NCBI GenBank assembly: GCA_047967505.1
Contig: CM106538.1
Source: Dipteris shenzhenensis
Lineage: Eukaryota
Reading direction: 5' to 3' (one strand)
Length of the DNA stretch: 64,000 nucleotides
Part shown: positions 1-12,800 of the stretch, in pieces
Numbering within the stretch: position 1 is the first letter of the stretch
Layout of the letters: each line of letters begins with the position of its first letter
The notes under the pieces: generated by a model
What the model was told of the DNA's origin: nothing
Database searches by the model: none
Seen by the model: the letters and a program-made list of their open reading frames with translations, nothing else
Position numbers and translations under genes: made by a program

Positions 1-189
1 GAAGTGTTTTGCAGCACTTTTGGCAGATTCTGGAGAATTTTTGATGCTTGGACAGATTTCTGACAGTGCCAGTGCAGAAATCTGAGTTGCATTTACAGCC
101 AATGCTTGGCTGTGTTTTTTGGGAGTTATGCATTTCATTCCCAGTAAGGGAATTCAGTTTTGTATCTGCTAAAATCTCTTTTTCAGATA

Positions 190-3100
190 TGGCCCAGCAA
201 AATCAGAATGATTTCAGTTTCAGTGGTCTCTCACAAGAGGACAAGCTGGATGGTACCAACTACTCCCTCTGGAGTTTTATGGTACGCAATATTCTGATTT
301 CTCGTAATTTGTGGGACTATGTGAGTGGGGATGAGTTTCGGCCAGCAAATGTGGCACCTAATACCCCTCCCCAATAAGGAGGAGGCAGAGGTCGTGCACA
401 GGGTGCAGTTGCAGGATAGGTTGTTGGTGCAGCTGTAGCCACCACTCCAGAACAAAAGAGATGGGATTCACGGGATGCCTTAGCTTTGTCATGCATCTCT
501 CTTTCAGTGAAAAGATTTATCATTCCGCATATTCGGTCGTGTAAGACCTCGAAGGCAGTGTGGGATATCTTAGAAAGCATGTATGCAGCCCGGAATGATG
601 CAAGGGTATCTTTCTTGAAATGAGAGTTAAGTAATACACATATGGAAGAGGGTGACTCCATGTCAGTCCACCTCACAAAGCTACAGGATCTCAGAGAGCA
701 ATTATTGAACATTGATGAGATTATTCCTGATTCAGAGATTACCACCACTCTGAATTCTCTTCCTGAGACTTATCTCAGCTTTCATACCTCGCTGAACTTA
801 TCATTGAGGGGGGGTGCAAATCCTCTCACTTTTCATGAGTTGATAGGACTTCTGCTTCAGGAAGAGCAGACCAGGAAAAACTTGGCTTCACGTGCAAGTG
901 AGCAAGCTATGTTGTCAAAGTTCAAGTCAAAAGGAAAGGGACAGGCAAAGACATCAGTAAATCAGCCTTCTAGTGGGTCAGGACAGCCTTCACAAAAGGC
1001 TAAGAATGATGCAAGTAAGCCCAAGAAGAAGGGTTTTTGTCATTACTGCAAAAAGCCAGGTCATCACATTGCAGAATGCAGGAAAAGGCTTGCAAAAGAG
1101 AAGAAAATCAGCTCCGGTATGGCTGTTTCAGATTCAGCTCCTCATGCATCTGACAGTGGGGATGCTGCAGCCAACTTTGTTGGACAAGATTATGCCTTTT
1201 TATCTTGCATTTCAGATTCTAGGCTGGCTGCTCCAGATGCTCGGGATAGTACAGCCACTTGTAATGATGATACATGTGCCTTTTTGACTTGCAGTTATGA
1301 TCCTTCCACGGATGCATCAGCTTTCAGTGTCAATGAAACACTGAATACTTGGTATTTTGACAGCGGTGCCTCCAAGCATATCACTTCTAGGAAGTGTCTC
1401 TTCACTTCCTTGCATCCACCTCTCGTTGGTAAGAAAGTCACTTGTGCCAACAACTCGTCATATTTAGTATGTGGTACATGAGAAGTTGAGCTTACCGCCA
1501 TTGATGGCTCAGTTTTCAGACTTTCAGATGTCTTGTATGTGCCTGGTATCACCAAGAGTCTCCTTTCACTGTCCACTCTTAACAGGGCTGGATTTCAGGT
1601 CATCTTTGAGGATGACAAATGTGCTGTCCGAGACAAAGAAAATGATTATGCCTTGAGATTATCTACTCTGCTGCGTGGGCTTTTTCAGCTTGATCTTTTT
1701 GAGAAAAGAGCAGCCCATGCTCTTGCAGTTTCTACTCCTACTGCTGCCATGCAGAATGCAGAGTTATGGCATGCCAGATATGGCCACATGCATTACAACA
1801 GCTTGATGACACTTCAGAAGCACTCTATGGTTGATGCATTGCCACCTCTTGAGATACCTCCTCCACATGCCTGTGAAGGGTGCATTTTAGGCAAGATGCA
1901 CACATTCCCCTTCAAAAAGGATGGTTCAATTTAAGCTGTCCAAAAATTACAGCTTATACACAGTGATGTCTGTGGTCCCATGAGGACTCCATCATTGGGT
2001 GGTCATCTCTACTTTGTTACTTTTATTGATGATTACTCCAATTTCACTTGGGTCTTTGGGCTGAAGCGCAAATCAGAAGTGTTCATGGTGTTTAAACACT
2101 TTTCAGCCATGGTTGAAAATGAATCTGGACTCAAGATACAAACATTGCGCACAGATAGAGGTGGGGAATACTTGTTTGCAGATTTTGATGCTTTTCTGAA
2201 AGGCAAGGGTATTGTGCATCAGCTCACAGTGAGGCTGACCCCTCAGCAAAATGGCAAAGCTGAGAGGAAAAATAGAACTCTTATGGAGATGGACAGATGT
2301 ATGCTGAAAAGCAAACACATGCCTCACAAATTCTGGCTTGAAGGTCTAATGTGTGCCAACTACATCTTAAATCGGTCTCCCACTAAGGCTTTGAAAACAA
2401 AAACTCCCTATGAAGTCTGGAATGGGAGAAAGCCTTCAGTGGATCATTTCCTTGTCTTTGGATGCCTTGCATATGCTCATGTGCCAATTGAATTTCGGCA
2501 TAAGTTGTCAGATAAGGCAATTCAGTGCATATTTGTTGGGTACAGTGCAGAAAGCAAGGGGTACCGTCTCTACAATCTTGCTACACGCAAGATCATTGTC
2601 AGTAGAGATGTGATATTTGCAGAAAATTCAGCTCACACTCAGGCTGAATTTCATATGCCTTCTTCTTCAAAGGATGTTTTTGAGGGGTTGCTACCCATTG
2701 CCTTGGGTTCCCCTGCTGATATTTCTGATGCAAATCAGAATTTACAGCCACCTCCCGATGCTCCAGTTCAGCCACAGGATGTCTTGCCACCTCCACAAGC
2801 AGTGGAACAGGTGGTTCAGCAAGAAATTGCAGACATACATGCAGCAAAAACAGTCCCAAACTGGCTGTTACAGACTCTCAAGGAGAGTAAGATTGATGCT
2901 CCATTACCTGGCAGGACTTGCAGTGCAGTAAGGCACATGGAAGGTGCTAATTCAGTGGAATCAGCATATGCAGGTACTCTTCTCGATGAGGAGGAGCCTG
3001 CAACATTCGAAGAAGCAAAGGACAATGTGCATTGGATGAATGCCATACACGATGAATTGCAGTCCATTCAGAAAAATCAGACTTGGGATGTCGTAGACTT

Positions 3101-4526
3101 GCCACCAGGTAAACATGCCATTGGTACACAATGGGTTTTCAAGGTGAAACGGAAGCCAGATGGCTCCATTGACAGATACAAGGCAAGGCTGGTTGCCAAA
3201 GGCTATGCTCAGAAAAAGGGCATAGATTATGAGGAGGCTTTTGCTCCTACATCCCGGATGACCACCATCCGATTTGTTATTGCAATGGCTGCACATTTTG
3301 AGTGGAATGTTCATCAGTTGGACATTAAAACAGCCTTCCTAAATGGAGACTTGTTGGAAGAGGTTTATGTCAAACAACCTCCAGGCTTTGAAATTTCAGG
3401 AAATGCACTTCAGGTATGCAAGCTGAATAAAGCTTTGTATGGGCTGAAACAGGCCCCTCGTGCATGGTATGCCAAGATTCATGCCTTTTTGACCAGCAAG
3501 GGCCTGCACAATAGTCCTACTGAGAGCACCCTCTACATCAAGAAGGATGGGGGGCAAATTTTAGTCATTATTCTTTATGTCCATGACTTACTGCTCACAG
3601 GGTCCAATGAAGATAATATTGCAGATTTCCAAGCTGATTTGCAGACCAACTTTGACATGTCAGATTTGGGGCTGCTTCACTTTTATTTGGGGATCCAGTT
3701 CTCTCAAGAGAGACGTGGCACTGTTATGTCTCAGTCCAAGTATGTGCAGAAACTCTTGGACAGATTTAACATGCATGATTGTAAGCCCATAGCCACTCCC
3801 ATGGAGCCGGGGCTGAAACTCACAATGCATGATGCAGGAGAATCAGTTGATGCCACATTTTATAGTCAGGCTGTTGGATGCCTCATTTATCTCTGCAACA
3901 CTAGACCTGATATTCAGTTTGCAGTATCTTAGGTGAGCAGGTATATGCACAGCCCAAAAACTATGCATTGGCAGGCAGTTAAGCGCATCTTCCGTTATTT
4001 GCAGGGCACAAAGTCTTTTGGCTTGTTATTTCCCAGGGGGGGTGACTTGCAGATGCATGCCTACAGTGATTCAGATTGGGCTGGAGATTATGACACTAGG
4101 CAGTCCACTAGTGGCAATTGTTTCTTTTTGGGTAAAGCTTGCATTTCCTGGCTGAGCAAGAAACAATCTACAGTGGCTACCTCATCATATGAAGCTCAGC
4201 ACAGGGCAGCTTTCACAGCAACAGTTGAATGTGTCTGGCTGCGTCGTGTATTTGCTGATCTTCATCTGTCATTGGGGGGTCCTTCTTCAATTCTCACTGA
4301 TAGTCAGAGTGCCATTGCAGTGGCAAAGAATCCAGTGTTTCATGCTCGCACAAAGCACATTGAGGTTCACTATCACTACATCAGAGAGAAGTTGCATGCA
4401 GGAGAGATCAGTATGATCTTTGTGTCCACACATGACAATGTTGCATATATTTTCACCAAAGCACTTCCACGTGAAAAGTTTGAGGCATTTCGCAATGCCT
4501 GGAACTTATATCCGTTTGGTGATTAA
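190..4526 (+). pseudogene. Copia gag-pol polyprotein, disrupted (stops near 377, 420, 623, 1481, 1934, 3932; RT YVDD reads YVHD)
   Basis: ORF track segments 48-377, 642-1481, 1533-1934, 1980-3932 and 3933-4526 are collinear and in the same frame. Confidence 0.9.
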
Positions 4527-4561
4527 TCATCCTTGTACATGACATTGGCACTACAGGGGGG

Positions 4562-4800
4562 TGTTAGAATTATAGATATAATTCAGCAGTGACCAATGTA
4601 ATTTAATAAGCTAGTTAGGGGCACTTTTCCCTCTTTAAGAGGTTTTTTCCCCTAACCGCAGTTAGTCCACTAACTATGGTTAGTGACTACTAAGGTTTTG
4701 TCACTAGGACAAAACCTTATCTCACTCCTTCAGTTGTATCTCTCTCACACTCATCTATTTGCAACTAAGCTTTCAGCTCTCTCTCTCTCTCCCGTTTTCA
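4562..4800 (+). repeat. 3' LTR of copia A
   Basis: Starts TGTTAG directly after the PPT and ends ...TTTTCA. Shares GTTAGGGGCACTTTTCCC and TAAGGTTTTGTCACTA motifs with the LTR at 35786-36035. Right end inferred by analogy. Confidence 0.75.
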
Positions 4801-4804
4801 GTTC

Positions 4805-5220
4805 TCACCTTTGCTCTCTCTCCCCCACCTCTAAGAGGAATATATCATCCAATATAGTAGATAAAGCTTGCTCCTCGGGTCCAGTAGATGTGGCGAAAAG
4901 ATTCTTGAGCGTGTCCCGTGTCGCCTTGGCTGAACTATTGAGGTCAAGATGATGAAGTAGATTGTCAACCAATCTCAAACCAATAAGCTCTAGTGCCTTG
5001 TCATTCTTCCCATCCCAAGCTGTGACTTGTGCTGATTGGTCTTCACCACGAGGACGAGGCTCCATGTATGCAAACTGAGATAATCAGGTGTTCTTGTAGG
5101 TGTCTACAGCAAGCTGAGATGGCTGTTCTAGGTCTCCAACCTGCTTCAGTAGACTCCAGGTGTGCAAAAGGGCAGTTATAGGTGGCTGGTGGTGCTCCAA
5201 ATACGAACCCTAATCAAAAC
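4805..5220 (-). pseudogene. Copia gag N-terminal fragment (separate degraded element)
   Basis: ORF 4805-5065 reads W..KNDKALELIGLRL.DNLLHHL...SAKATRDTLKNLF, typical of the copia gag (UBN2/Retrotran_gag_2-type) N-terminus. Confidence 0.6.
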
Positions 5221-5470
5221 ACAGCATGAAGATGCTCCAAAAGGCAGAACTGAACCAAAAACTTGTGGGCATTCAGACGCACATGTGACAGTCCCCCCTC
5301 GAGGAGCATTAGCCAAGGAATGAAACAACTGTCTGCAAGAGATACGTGCTTGGAAGCACCACTATCAAAATACCAAGACTAAGCATCATTAGTAGAAAAG
5401 AATGCATCAACTTTGGAGGGATCAAAAGAGCAATGGACAGCCCATGCCCAAGCATCCTGGAGCGCATGTG

Positions 5471-5882
5471 TGTTATGCTCTAGCCGAGATAGCATGACCT
5501 CGGAAAGATCGGTGGGCATTTTCTCTTAGATGACCGACTTTTGTAATAGTTTATGTGTGTAAATAAAATGGTCAAGGGAAGTAACTGCCAAGGTCCTAGG
5601 TGAGGGTGTATTGGCATCGACTAGGTGGTTCTAAGTGCTCAGGCCTAGGTGCACCTAAATGTGTAATAATGCCAAGGGGCAAATGTTTTAATTGTGCCCC
5701 AAGAGAGGGGTAAATGGTGTACCAAGCTAAAGGTCTAAAATGATGACATGGCAGGGGGAAACTATCTAGGGAATTGTGGGCTTGTGGATAGGCATGAAGG
5801 AAATAAAAGTTACGTATCTTTTGTGTGCATGCAATCGCATGTAATTTGACGGAACAGTGAGAATAGAAAAGTGAGCGTATCA
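5471..5882 (+). repeat. 5' LTR of gypsy A (412 bp)
   Basis: TGTTATG...CGTATCA; near-identical to 18109-18576 apart from a ~56-bp internal deletion. Confidence 0.95.
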
Positions 5883-5884
5883 TT

Positions 5885-5896
5885 TGGTATCAGAGC
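5885..5896 (+). promoter_or_regulatory. Primer-binding site (initiator Met tRNA) of gypsy A
   Basis: TGGTATCAGAGC 2 nt after the LTR end. Confidence 0.95.
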
Positions 5897-6756
5897 CTCA
5901 GGCTGGACGAGGGGACTCATATGAGTTACATATCAAGAAGGCGCAGGACGTATTGGGTGTGTGAGGCGAACGACGTGTGTTTTAGGTGGCTTTGTTCGTG
6001 CGGGCTTCCGTTGATGGAGCGGCTGAGCCGTTGATGGATTCACTACAGGAGCGGGTACAGCTGTCGCAGGGCAAGGTTCCCATAGGCAGGTGATAGAAGA
6101 GCAGGCTGATTCCGTTGCGAGGGACTATGTCTGAGAGACCTGGGAAATCAACGGGGTAGGCTAACAATGGGCGGCGACGAGCATTAACGGGCTCTTGGCG
6201 ACGACATCCTCTCATGCTTGTTTACTTATTCCATTTCAGCAAATTATCCATCCACCATTCCCATCCACTGCGAAGCTTTCACCACCTCATCTGCCTTCTA
6301 TCCAAGTTTTCTACCAAGGATTCCTTGGTAGCAGGAACGTGGGTAAAGCTTATCTGCAGAGCAAGTTTTGAGGAGGTGGCTGACGTTCGCAACCTATCCT
6401 TGATTTACACGCTTGTTGGCGTTGATTGCATCGACTGTGCTTTGGATCCGTCGGTAGTGCGCGCAGTAAGGGAAGGTATAAATGCAGCTATCCACGCAGT
6501 TGAGGCAATCGATAAAAATACAGGAGTAAAACGATCTTGGGTCATGGTCAGCATCAATGATGATGAAGATCTTCACTTTCGCAAAGACTTTGGCAAAAGA
6601 AGGAAATTTGCACATCTGGGATTCGTGGAGCTTCCAGGGAGCATCATTTTTTTCTTTTGTAAAAAATTTTAGTTTCCAATTTGCAGTCGAATTATTCCTG
6701 TACAGCAGAGGGAAATTAGAAGTGAAAAAAAAAATCTATTTTTCCTTTTAAAAGAA

Positions 6757-9291
6757 TGGAGGAAGAGGGACAAGATTCCACGGCAAATCCTGGTGAATCT
6801 AGGGCACGATCTTCACAACAAGTGTCCCATCATACAACACCTACTCTGGTGGGTAGGATTTCTGTATTAGAAGATGCTTTACAGCAGATCACGAACCAGT
6901 AGCTTCAAGTGAACGCTGGTCAAAATGAAATTAGAGAGATGGTACAAGCCTTGTCGGCTAGACCATCTAGAAATGAAAAGAGCAAAGCTCCAGCAGAGCC
7001 AGAGCCAAGTATATACTCATCAGAATGTGCAAAGGTCAAGGTACCTAATATTACCAACTATAGACCGGAAAAGTACGCTGGTCGGATGACCGAGCGCAGT
7101 TCTGATGTGATCGAGGTTTGGTTACACAAGTGGGATGAAGCCTTCGCCATTTGTGAAATCAGATCTGCTCTAAAGAAAATCCGCGAGACCACTCACCTGT
7201 TTATTGAGGCAGCGGTAGATGGTGGATTAAGCAACAGAAAGATCAAGTTGCCCCTACCACCTGGGAAGGGTTTAAAGCTGAATTTAAGAAACACTTTCTT
7301 CCACCTGACGAAGAGTCCCGAGCTTGGGATGCTTATAGAAACCTTCGCCAGAGGAATTTGTCGGTGGCAGAGTACACTGACAAGTTCAGGGAATGTGTTA
7401 TGAAGATAACAGACCCTCTCCCTATGTCGGTTCAGTTGAAAGACTATATCTATGGACTGAACGACAAGATTAAAATGGAAGTTCGGGCTAAATATGTGAC
7501 TACATTAGATGAATCTATTGCAGTAGTCCTGAACTACGAGGATGCCAGAGGCAGACCTAGTGGGTTTGTGCAGGCAGCGACTCAGCATAAGTACCCGAGA
7601 AAAGGGGGATTTCAGAGGAAATGGACTTCAAAGACAAGTGTCTCCCAGCCAAGTGGCCAAACCAAGCAAGTGAAGCCGGTTGAGGGACCAGCAAAGACAA
7701 GTACCACTGTTGGAGTGAAAAGAAAAGTAACTCCAATGGCAGCCCGGGCTTGGTCAAAGTCCTCGTTGACCCCTCAGCAAAAAGAAAAAGCTAGAAAAGA
7801 AGGATTGTGCTTCGGCTGCCTTCTGAATGCGACACGAAAATGCAGGAGAGTCCCAATGCGGAACATATGCAGACGCAATTGGCGGGACCTTCTCAGAGGT
7901 TAGTACTTGTGTTGTTAAGTGTGTCTCTTACTAAGTAAGTGGTGCACTTGATAACATCCTTTCAAAGCCCGCAGCAACGGGGTATACAGTTTTCTATGAG
8001 CCCGAGTTGATTAAAATGAAAGGGCAAGTAGCCAATCATGATGTGATTGTGTTGTTTGACTCAACGTCAACACACAATGTAATTAACTCGAAGCTTATTA
8101 GGAGGCTCAAGTTGAAAACTAGTCCGTCTGACTATGCTTATACAGTCAGGATGGCAGACGGAAGTTCAACTGAAGTATGGGACCAGAGGGTTACCCAGTT
8201 GGAACTTCGAATTCAGGACTATGTTGAGAAGCTGGACTTTGAATTGACCAGGCTAGCTCATGCAGATATAGCCCTAGGCATGACTTGGCATTTTTGGAAA
8301 AATCCAGCCATTGATTGGAAAAAGCATATTTACCAGTTCAAGATGAACGGGGTAGAATATGTTTTGCGAGGTGAAAAGGATTTACCTCGAGGACCATTGA
8401 TTTCAGCCATGGAAATTCGGAAGACTCCGAAAGAGTGTCTGTGTCTGTATATAGCATCGGTAGAGTCGATTGATGATGCATCGGTTAGCACTGAGGCTAC
8501 CCAAGATGGAAAAATGGCCGAGTTGGCTAAAGAGATATCGGAGAAGTTTTCTGATTGTTTTAGGGATGAGTTACCTTATGGGTTACCTCAAAGCGGAATG
8601 TTCAACATAAAATTGAGCTGATCCCGGGGGCAGAACGTGTAAATAGACCTCCCTATAGATTAAGCTTTACAGAAGAAGCTGAGGTGCGAAGACAACTGGA
8701 AGAATACCTCAAGTTGGGGCAGATTCAACCCAGTTTTTCACCTTTTGCTTCGCCAGTGATATTAAAGAAGAAGAAAGATAATACTTTCCGTCTCTATATA
8801 GATTACAGAGCATTGAATAATATCACTATTAAGCACAGGTATCCGATGGCTCGGATCGATTTTGCTGGATGCATTACATGGGGCCGTAATTTTCAGTAAG
8901 ATAGATCTTAAGTGTGGCTACCATTAGATCCGTATTAGAGCCGAGGATGTGCATAAAACCGTTTTTAGAAGCAGGTTTGGTCATTATGAGTTTTTGGTAA
9001 TGCCCTTTGGACTTACCAATGCTCCAGCTACATTCGTCATGCTTATGAACGATTTACTACGTCTGTATATCAGAAAGTTTGTAGTACATTTTATTGACAA
9101 TATTCTTGTATTCAGTAAAAGTATTATTGAGCATCGTGAACACTTAAGAATAGTATTCAGTACTTTGAGGAAAGCCAGTCTTTATGTAAATAAGAAGAAA
9201 ACTATACTGTGTATGGTTACACTTGAATATTTAGGATTCATAATTACTCAAGAGGGGGTAGAAATGGATCCAAAGAAAGTGGCTGCGATAC
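6757..9291 (+). pseudogene. Gypsy A gag-protease-RT (5' part), frameshifted
   Basis: ORFs 6909-7403 and 7358-7903 (gag), 8007-8621 (protease, VLFDSTSTHN), 8684-8899 and 8949-9291 ([24 protein letters not shown]). Confidence 0.9.
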
Positions 9292-9857
9292 TGACACGTC
9301 CCACCACTCCTAAAACCTCTGATCTGCAAGCAAACACAAGATCACACACACAACATGAGGAACTGAGCAGGCTGCTCACCACCCAACCATGACATCTACG
9401 GGATATGATCCCGAATCAGGAGATGTCCCCTCCGAGCCACGAGCTGAGCTACTGGCACGAACTCCCAACCAGATCCAAACTAGCCTGGTGTCCCATACCA
9501 CCAGGTGGTGCTGTGAAACCTGGGATCCGCTACTGGGCCTTGGGCTACGCTAAGATGCAGGCGCACGTCCACAACTCAATCCAGGATCAGACCTAGCACC
9601 TGGGAACGAAACTTGCTCCCATCGGCTTGCTGAGAACTGAACCCCCTAAGCCCCTTTTATAGACTCGGGCCCCAAGCGCCAAAAATAGCGAAGACCTATA
9701 ACTGGTTCGAACCCTTGCCACTCGACCCGAGAATCGAGCCTGCCTAGCTCTAAGCCTCCCCAGGCTACCTGAGCTAGTCTTGTGTACCCAGTACACGTCA
9801 GATACCAACTCGTGCACATGCCCAGTACACGTCAGATACCAACCCGTGCACATGACA
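9292..9857 (-). repeat. 3' LTR of gypsy B (566 bp)
   Basis: Matches 15428-16003; contains a tandem GTACACGTCAGATACCAAC repeat and a TATA box (reverse complement of TTTTATAG, ~9655). Confidence 0.95.
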
Positions 9858-9870
9858 TACTTCCCCTCCT

Positions 9871-12800
9871 CTAAGAACTCACTCCTGAGTTCGCTAAGAA
9901 ACCCGGAAATGTTCTTTGGAGGTTTTGTAATGTCTCCCATGTTGCATCCTCCTCAACACGATCCTTCCACTTGATCTTGTATTCCGTGATAGTTCTATTT
10001 CGAATCTGTCTTTCACGAAATTCAAGAATACACTCAGGTTCGTGTGGAATATAAGTCAAATCTGTAACTTCTATTATCTCTTGAGGAGAAACAAGTTGAT
10101 CATCGGCACCCAATACTTCTTTCAGTCTACTGACATGAAAGACTGGATGGACTTTAACATCAGGAGGCAATTCTAGTCGATATGCAACTGGTCCAATTCT
10201 TTTAATGACCTTGAACGGACCACAATATCTGGGGGATAATTTCGGAACCAAACCAGTACTTAGGCTCTTGGATTCCTTGGTAATTCGCAAATATACCATC
10301 GTTCCTTCATAAAACTCTCTAGGTGAATGATGTCTATTAGCATAAAATCTGTCCCAATGTTGGGCACTTCTAATAGACTCCTTGGCAAACTGCAACATTT
10401 CCTGCGTGTCTTGCAAGAAGTTCTTTGCAGCATCATTTTGAATCCCTTTTAACCCAACCATAACTGGTGACTTAGGTTGAAACCCGTACATAAGCATAAA
10501 AGGACTGTAACCAGTACTCGAATGCTTTGCACTATTGTAAGCAAATTCTATCATAGGTAGATAATCTTCCCATGAAGACTGTCTCTTAGATACATACGCC
10601 CGAAGCATGTCTTCAACCAATTGGTTGACCTTCTCTGTACTACCATCGGATTATGCATGATCTGAGGAACTCATACTTAGAGTAGTTTCCAACTTCTAAA
10701 AAACAAGTGTCCAAAAGGTACTTGTAAACTTTGAGTCCCTATCACTGACTATGTCAGATGGCAAACCATACAGCTTAAACAAATGGTCCACAAATTCGTG
10801 AGCCAGCTGAACAGCTGAAATAGTTGTGCGAGTAGGTAAGAACCTAGCCATTTTTGTCAAACGATCAACTATGACCCAAATGGAGTCATGACCCTTGCGC
10901 GTTCGAGGCAAACCAGTAATAAAATCCATGGAAATACTTTCCCATTTATTGCCTGGAATCTGTAATGGCTGTAATAAACCCGCGCTTCTAAGGCGTTCTG
11001 CCTTAGTAACCTGACAAACCCGGCAACCTACTACATAGTTCTCAATAAATGCATGCATTTTAGGCCAATAAAAGGTATGCTTCACAAGAGACAGAGTCCG
11101 ATGTATACCCGGATGTCCAGCACTAGGAGCATCATGACACTCCCAAAGAATCTTGGATCTAAGTTCCAGACCATCTGGCACACAAATCTTTCCATTCCAG
11201 AACAGCAAGCCGTTCCTAATCATCCACTGACCTCCCGCCGCCTGTACCGTAATTGGCACAATCCCTAAGTCTTGGTCAACCATGGAGCTCCCATCCTGGA
11301 CTCTCTGCCAATAAGAACTGAAATAACTATCAGTTGCGTATAGCTCTCTCAAGGATTGAAATAGGTCTGAGGATATTTCCGTAAATGACATAGCATTTAC
11401 AAACTTGACTCGACTTAAGGCATCCCCACACTATTCAACGATCCCTTTCGATAACGTATTTCAAAATCAAAGTCTTGCATTAATTCTGCCCATCTAGCTT
11501 TCCATCCCCTCAATTCAGATCCCTCACACACATACTTAATTGACTGATGATCAGTCAATACAAGAAACTTCGAACCATACAAGTAGTGTCTCCAAACCTT
11601 AAGGGCATACACTACAGCATAGAGTTCCTTTTCTAGTGTGGGCCAACGATATTGGGTGTCGTCTAGCTTTTTACTCTCAAAAGCTACAGGTCTGCCCTCT
11701 TCGAAAAGAGCTGTCCCAATCGCAAAATCACTCGCATCGGCCTCTAAAATATAAGGCCGGGTAGGATCGGGTAATGCAAGAACGGGTGCTTCCTTGATAG
11801 AAAACTTCAAGGTTTCAAAAGCCCTGTTCAATGCATCATTCCAAGAGATCGGCTGGGTAGACCTGCGTCCACGACCCTTCAATATGTTTGTCAGGGGTGC
11901 CGTGATATGTGAATAATCACGCACAGACTTCCGTAGAAATACCGTAAATCCTAGGAAAAAACGAAGTTGTTTCACAGTCTAAGGGACAGGCCATTCTAAA
12001 ACCTTCTGGATATGATCGAGATCAATGCTAATACCTTCAGAAGAAATCTTGTGTCCTAAGTAAATGATCTCCTTCATACAAAAGTCACATTTACTCATCT
12101 TGGCATAGAGCTTATGCTGTCTTAGAATAACTAAGACAAGCCGGAGGTGTCCTATGTGATCCTCAAGCGTTCGAATATATACCAAGATGTCATCTAAGAA
12201 CACTACAACAAATTTGCCCAGAAAATCTCGGAACAAATCGTTCATCATCTGCTGAAAGGTGGCACGAGCATTGGTCAAACCAAAAGGTAATACAAGAAAC
12301 TCGTAGTGACCATACCTAGTTCGAAATGCGGTTCTATCTATGTGTTTAGCATAGATACGGATTTGGTGATAACCCGTACGCAAATCAATCTTAGTGAAAT
12401 ACTTCGCTCCGGCCAAACGGTCTATCAGATCATCGGAACGAGGTAGAGGGTATCGATTCTTAATTGTCACTTTATTCAATCGTTTATAATCTATACACAT
12501 TCTCCATGTAGAATCTTTCTTCTTCCTTAAGAGAACAGGTGCACCCCAAGGTGATTTACTTGGGCGAATATAGCCCATATTCAGGTAATCCTGTAGCTGT
12601 GTAGCTACCTCATCCTCCTCAAGCTGGCTCATCCCTATAAGGTGGTACACTAATAGGTTGAGCCCCTGGGACTAAGTCTATGCGATGATCTACTGCCCGT
12701 TCTGGAGGTAAACCTTCTGGCAGTTGAGCAGGGAATACATCCTTAAAACTATCTAACAACATTCTCAATTCACGGTGTTCAAACACACTTAAATCATTCT

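Larger units (their letters stand above)
1..4800 (+). mobile_element. Ty1/copia LTR retrotransposon A (5' end lies before the window); gag-PR-INT-RT-RNaseH with in-frame stops
   Basis: Copia domain order: gag N-terminus KLDGTNYSLW (~243), zinc knuckle CHYCKKPGHHIAEC, protease WYFDSGAS, GAG-pre-integrase LWHARYGH, integrase FIDDYS/RTDRGGEY/PQQNGKAER, RT YKARLVAKG/QLDIKTAFLNG, RNaseH DSDWAG/HARTKHIE. PPT (ACAGGGGGG) is followed by TGTTAG at 4562. Confidence 0.95.

Noticed and set aside
5885-5896. TGGTATCAGAGC motifs as tRNA genes
   Set aside because: They are 12-nt primer-binding sites; no tRNA or rRNA gene was recognised anywhere in the window.
6214-6672. 152-aa ORF between the PBS and gag of gypsy A, as a possible extra gene
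   Set aside because: No recognisable domain, and the related gypsy C has a shorter, dissimilar leader without it.
9405-9596. Duplicated 63-aa ORF MIPNQEMSPP... (also 15551-15742)
   Set aside because: Antisense translation of the two gypsy B LTRs.
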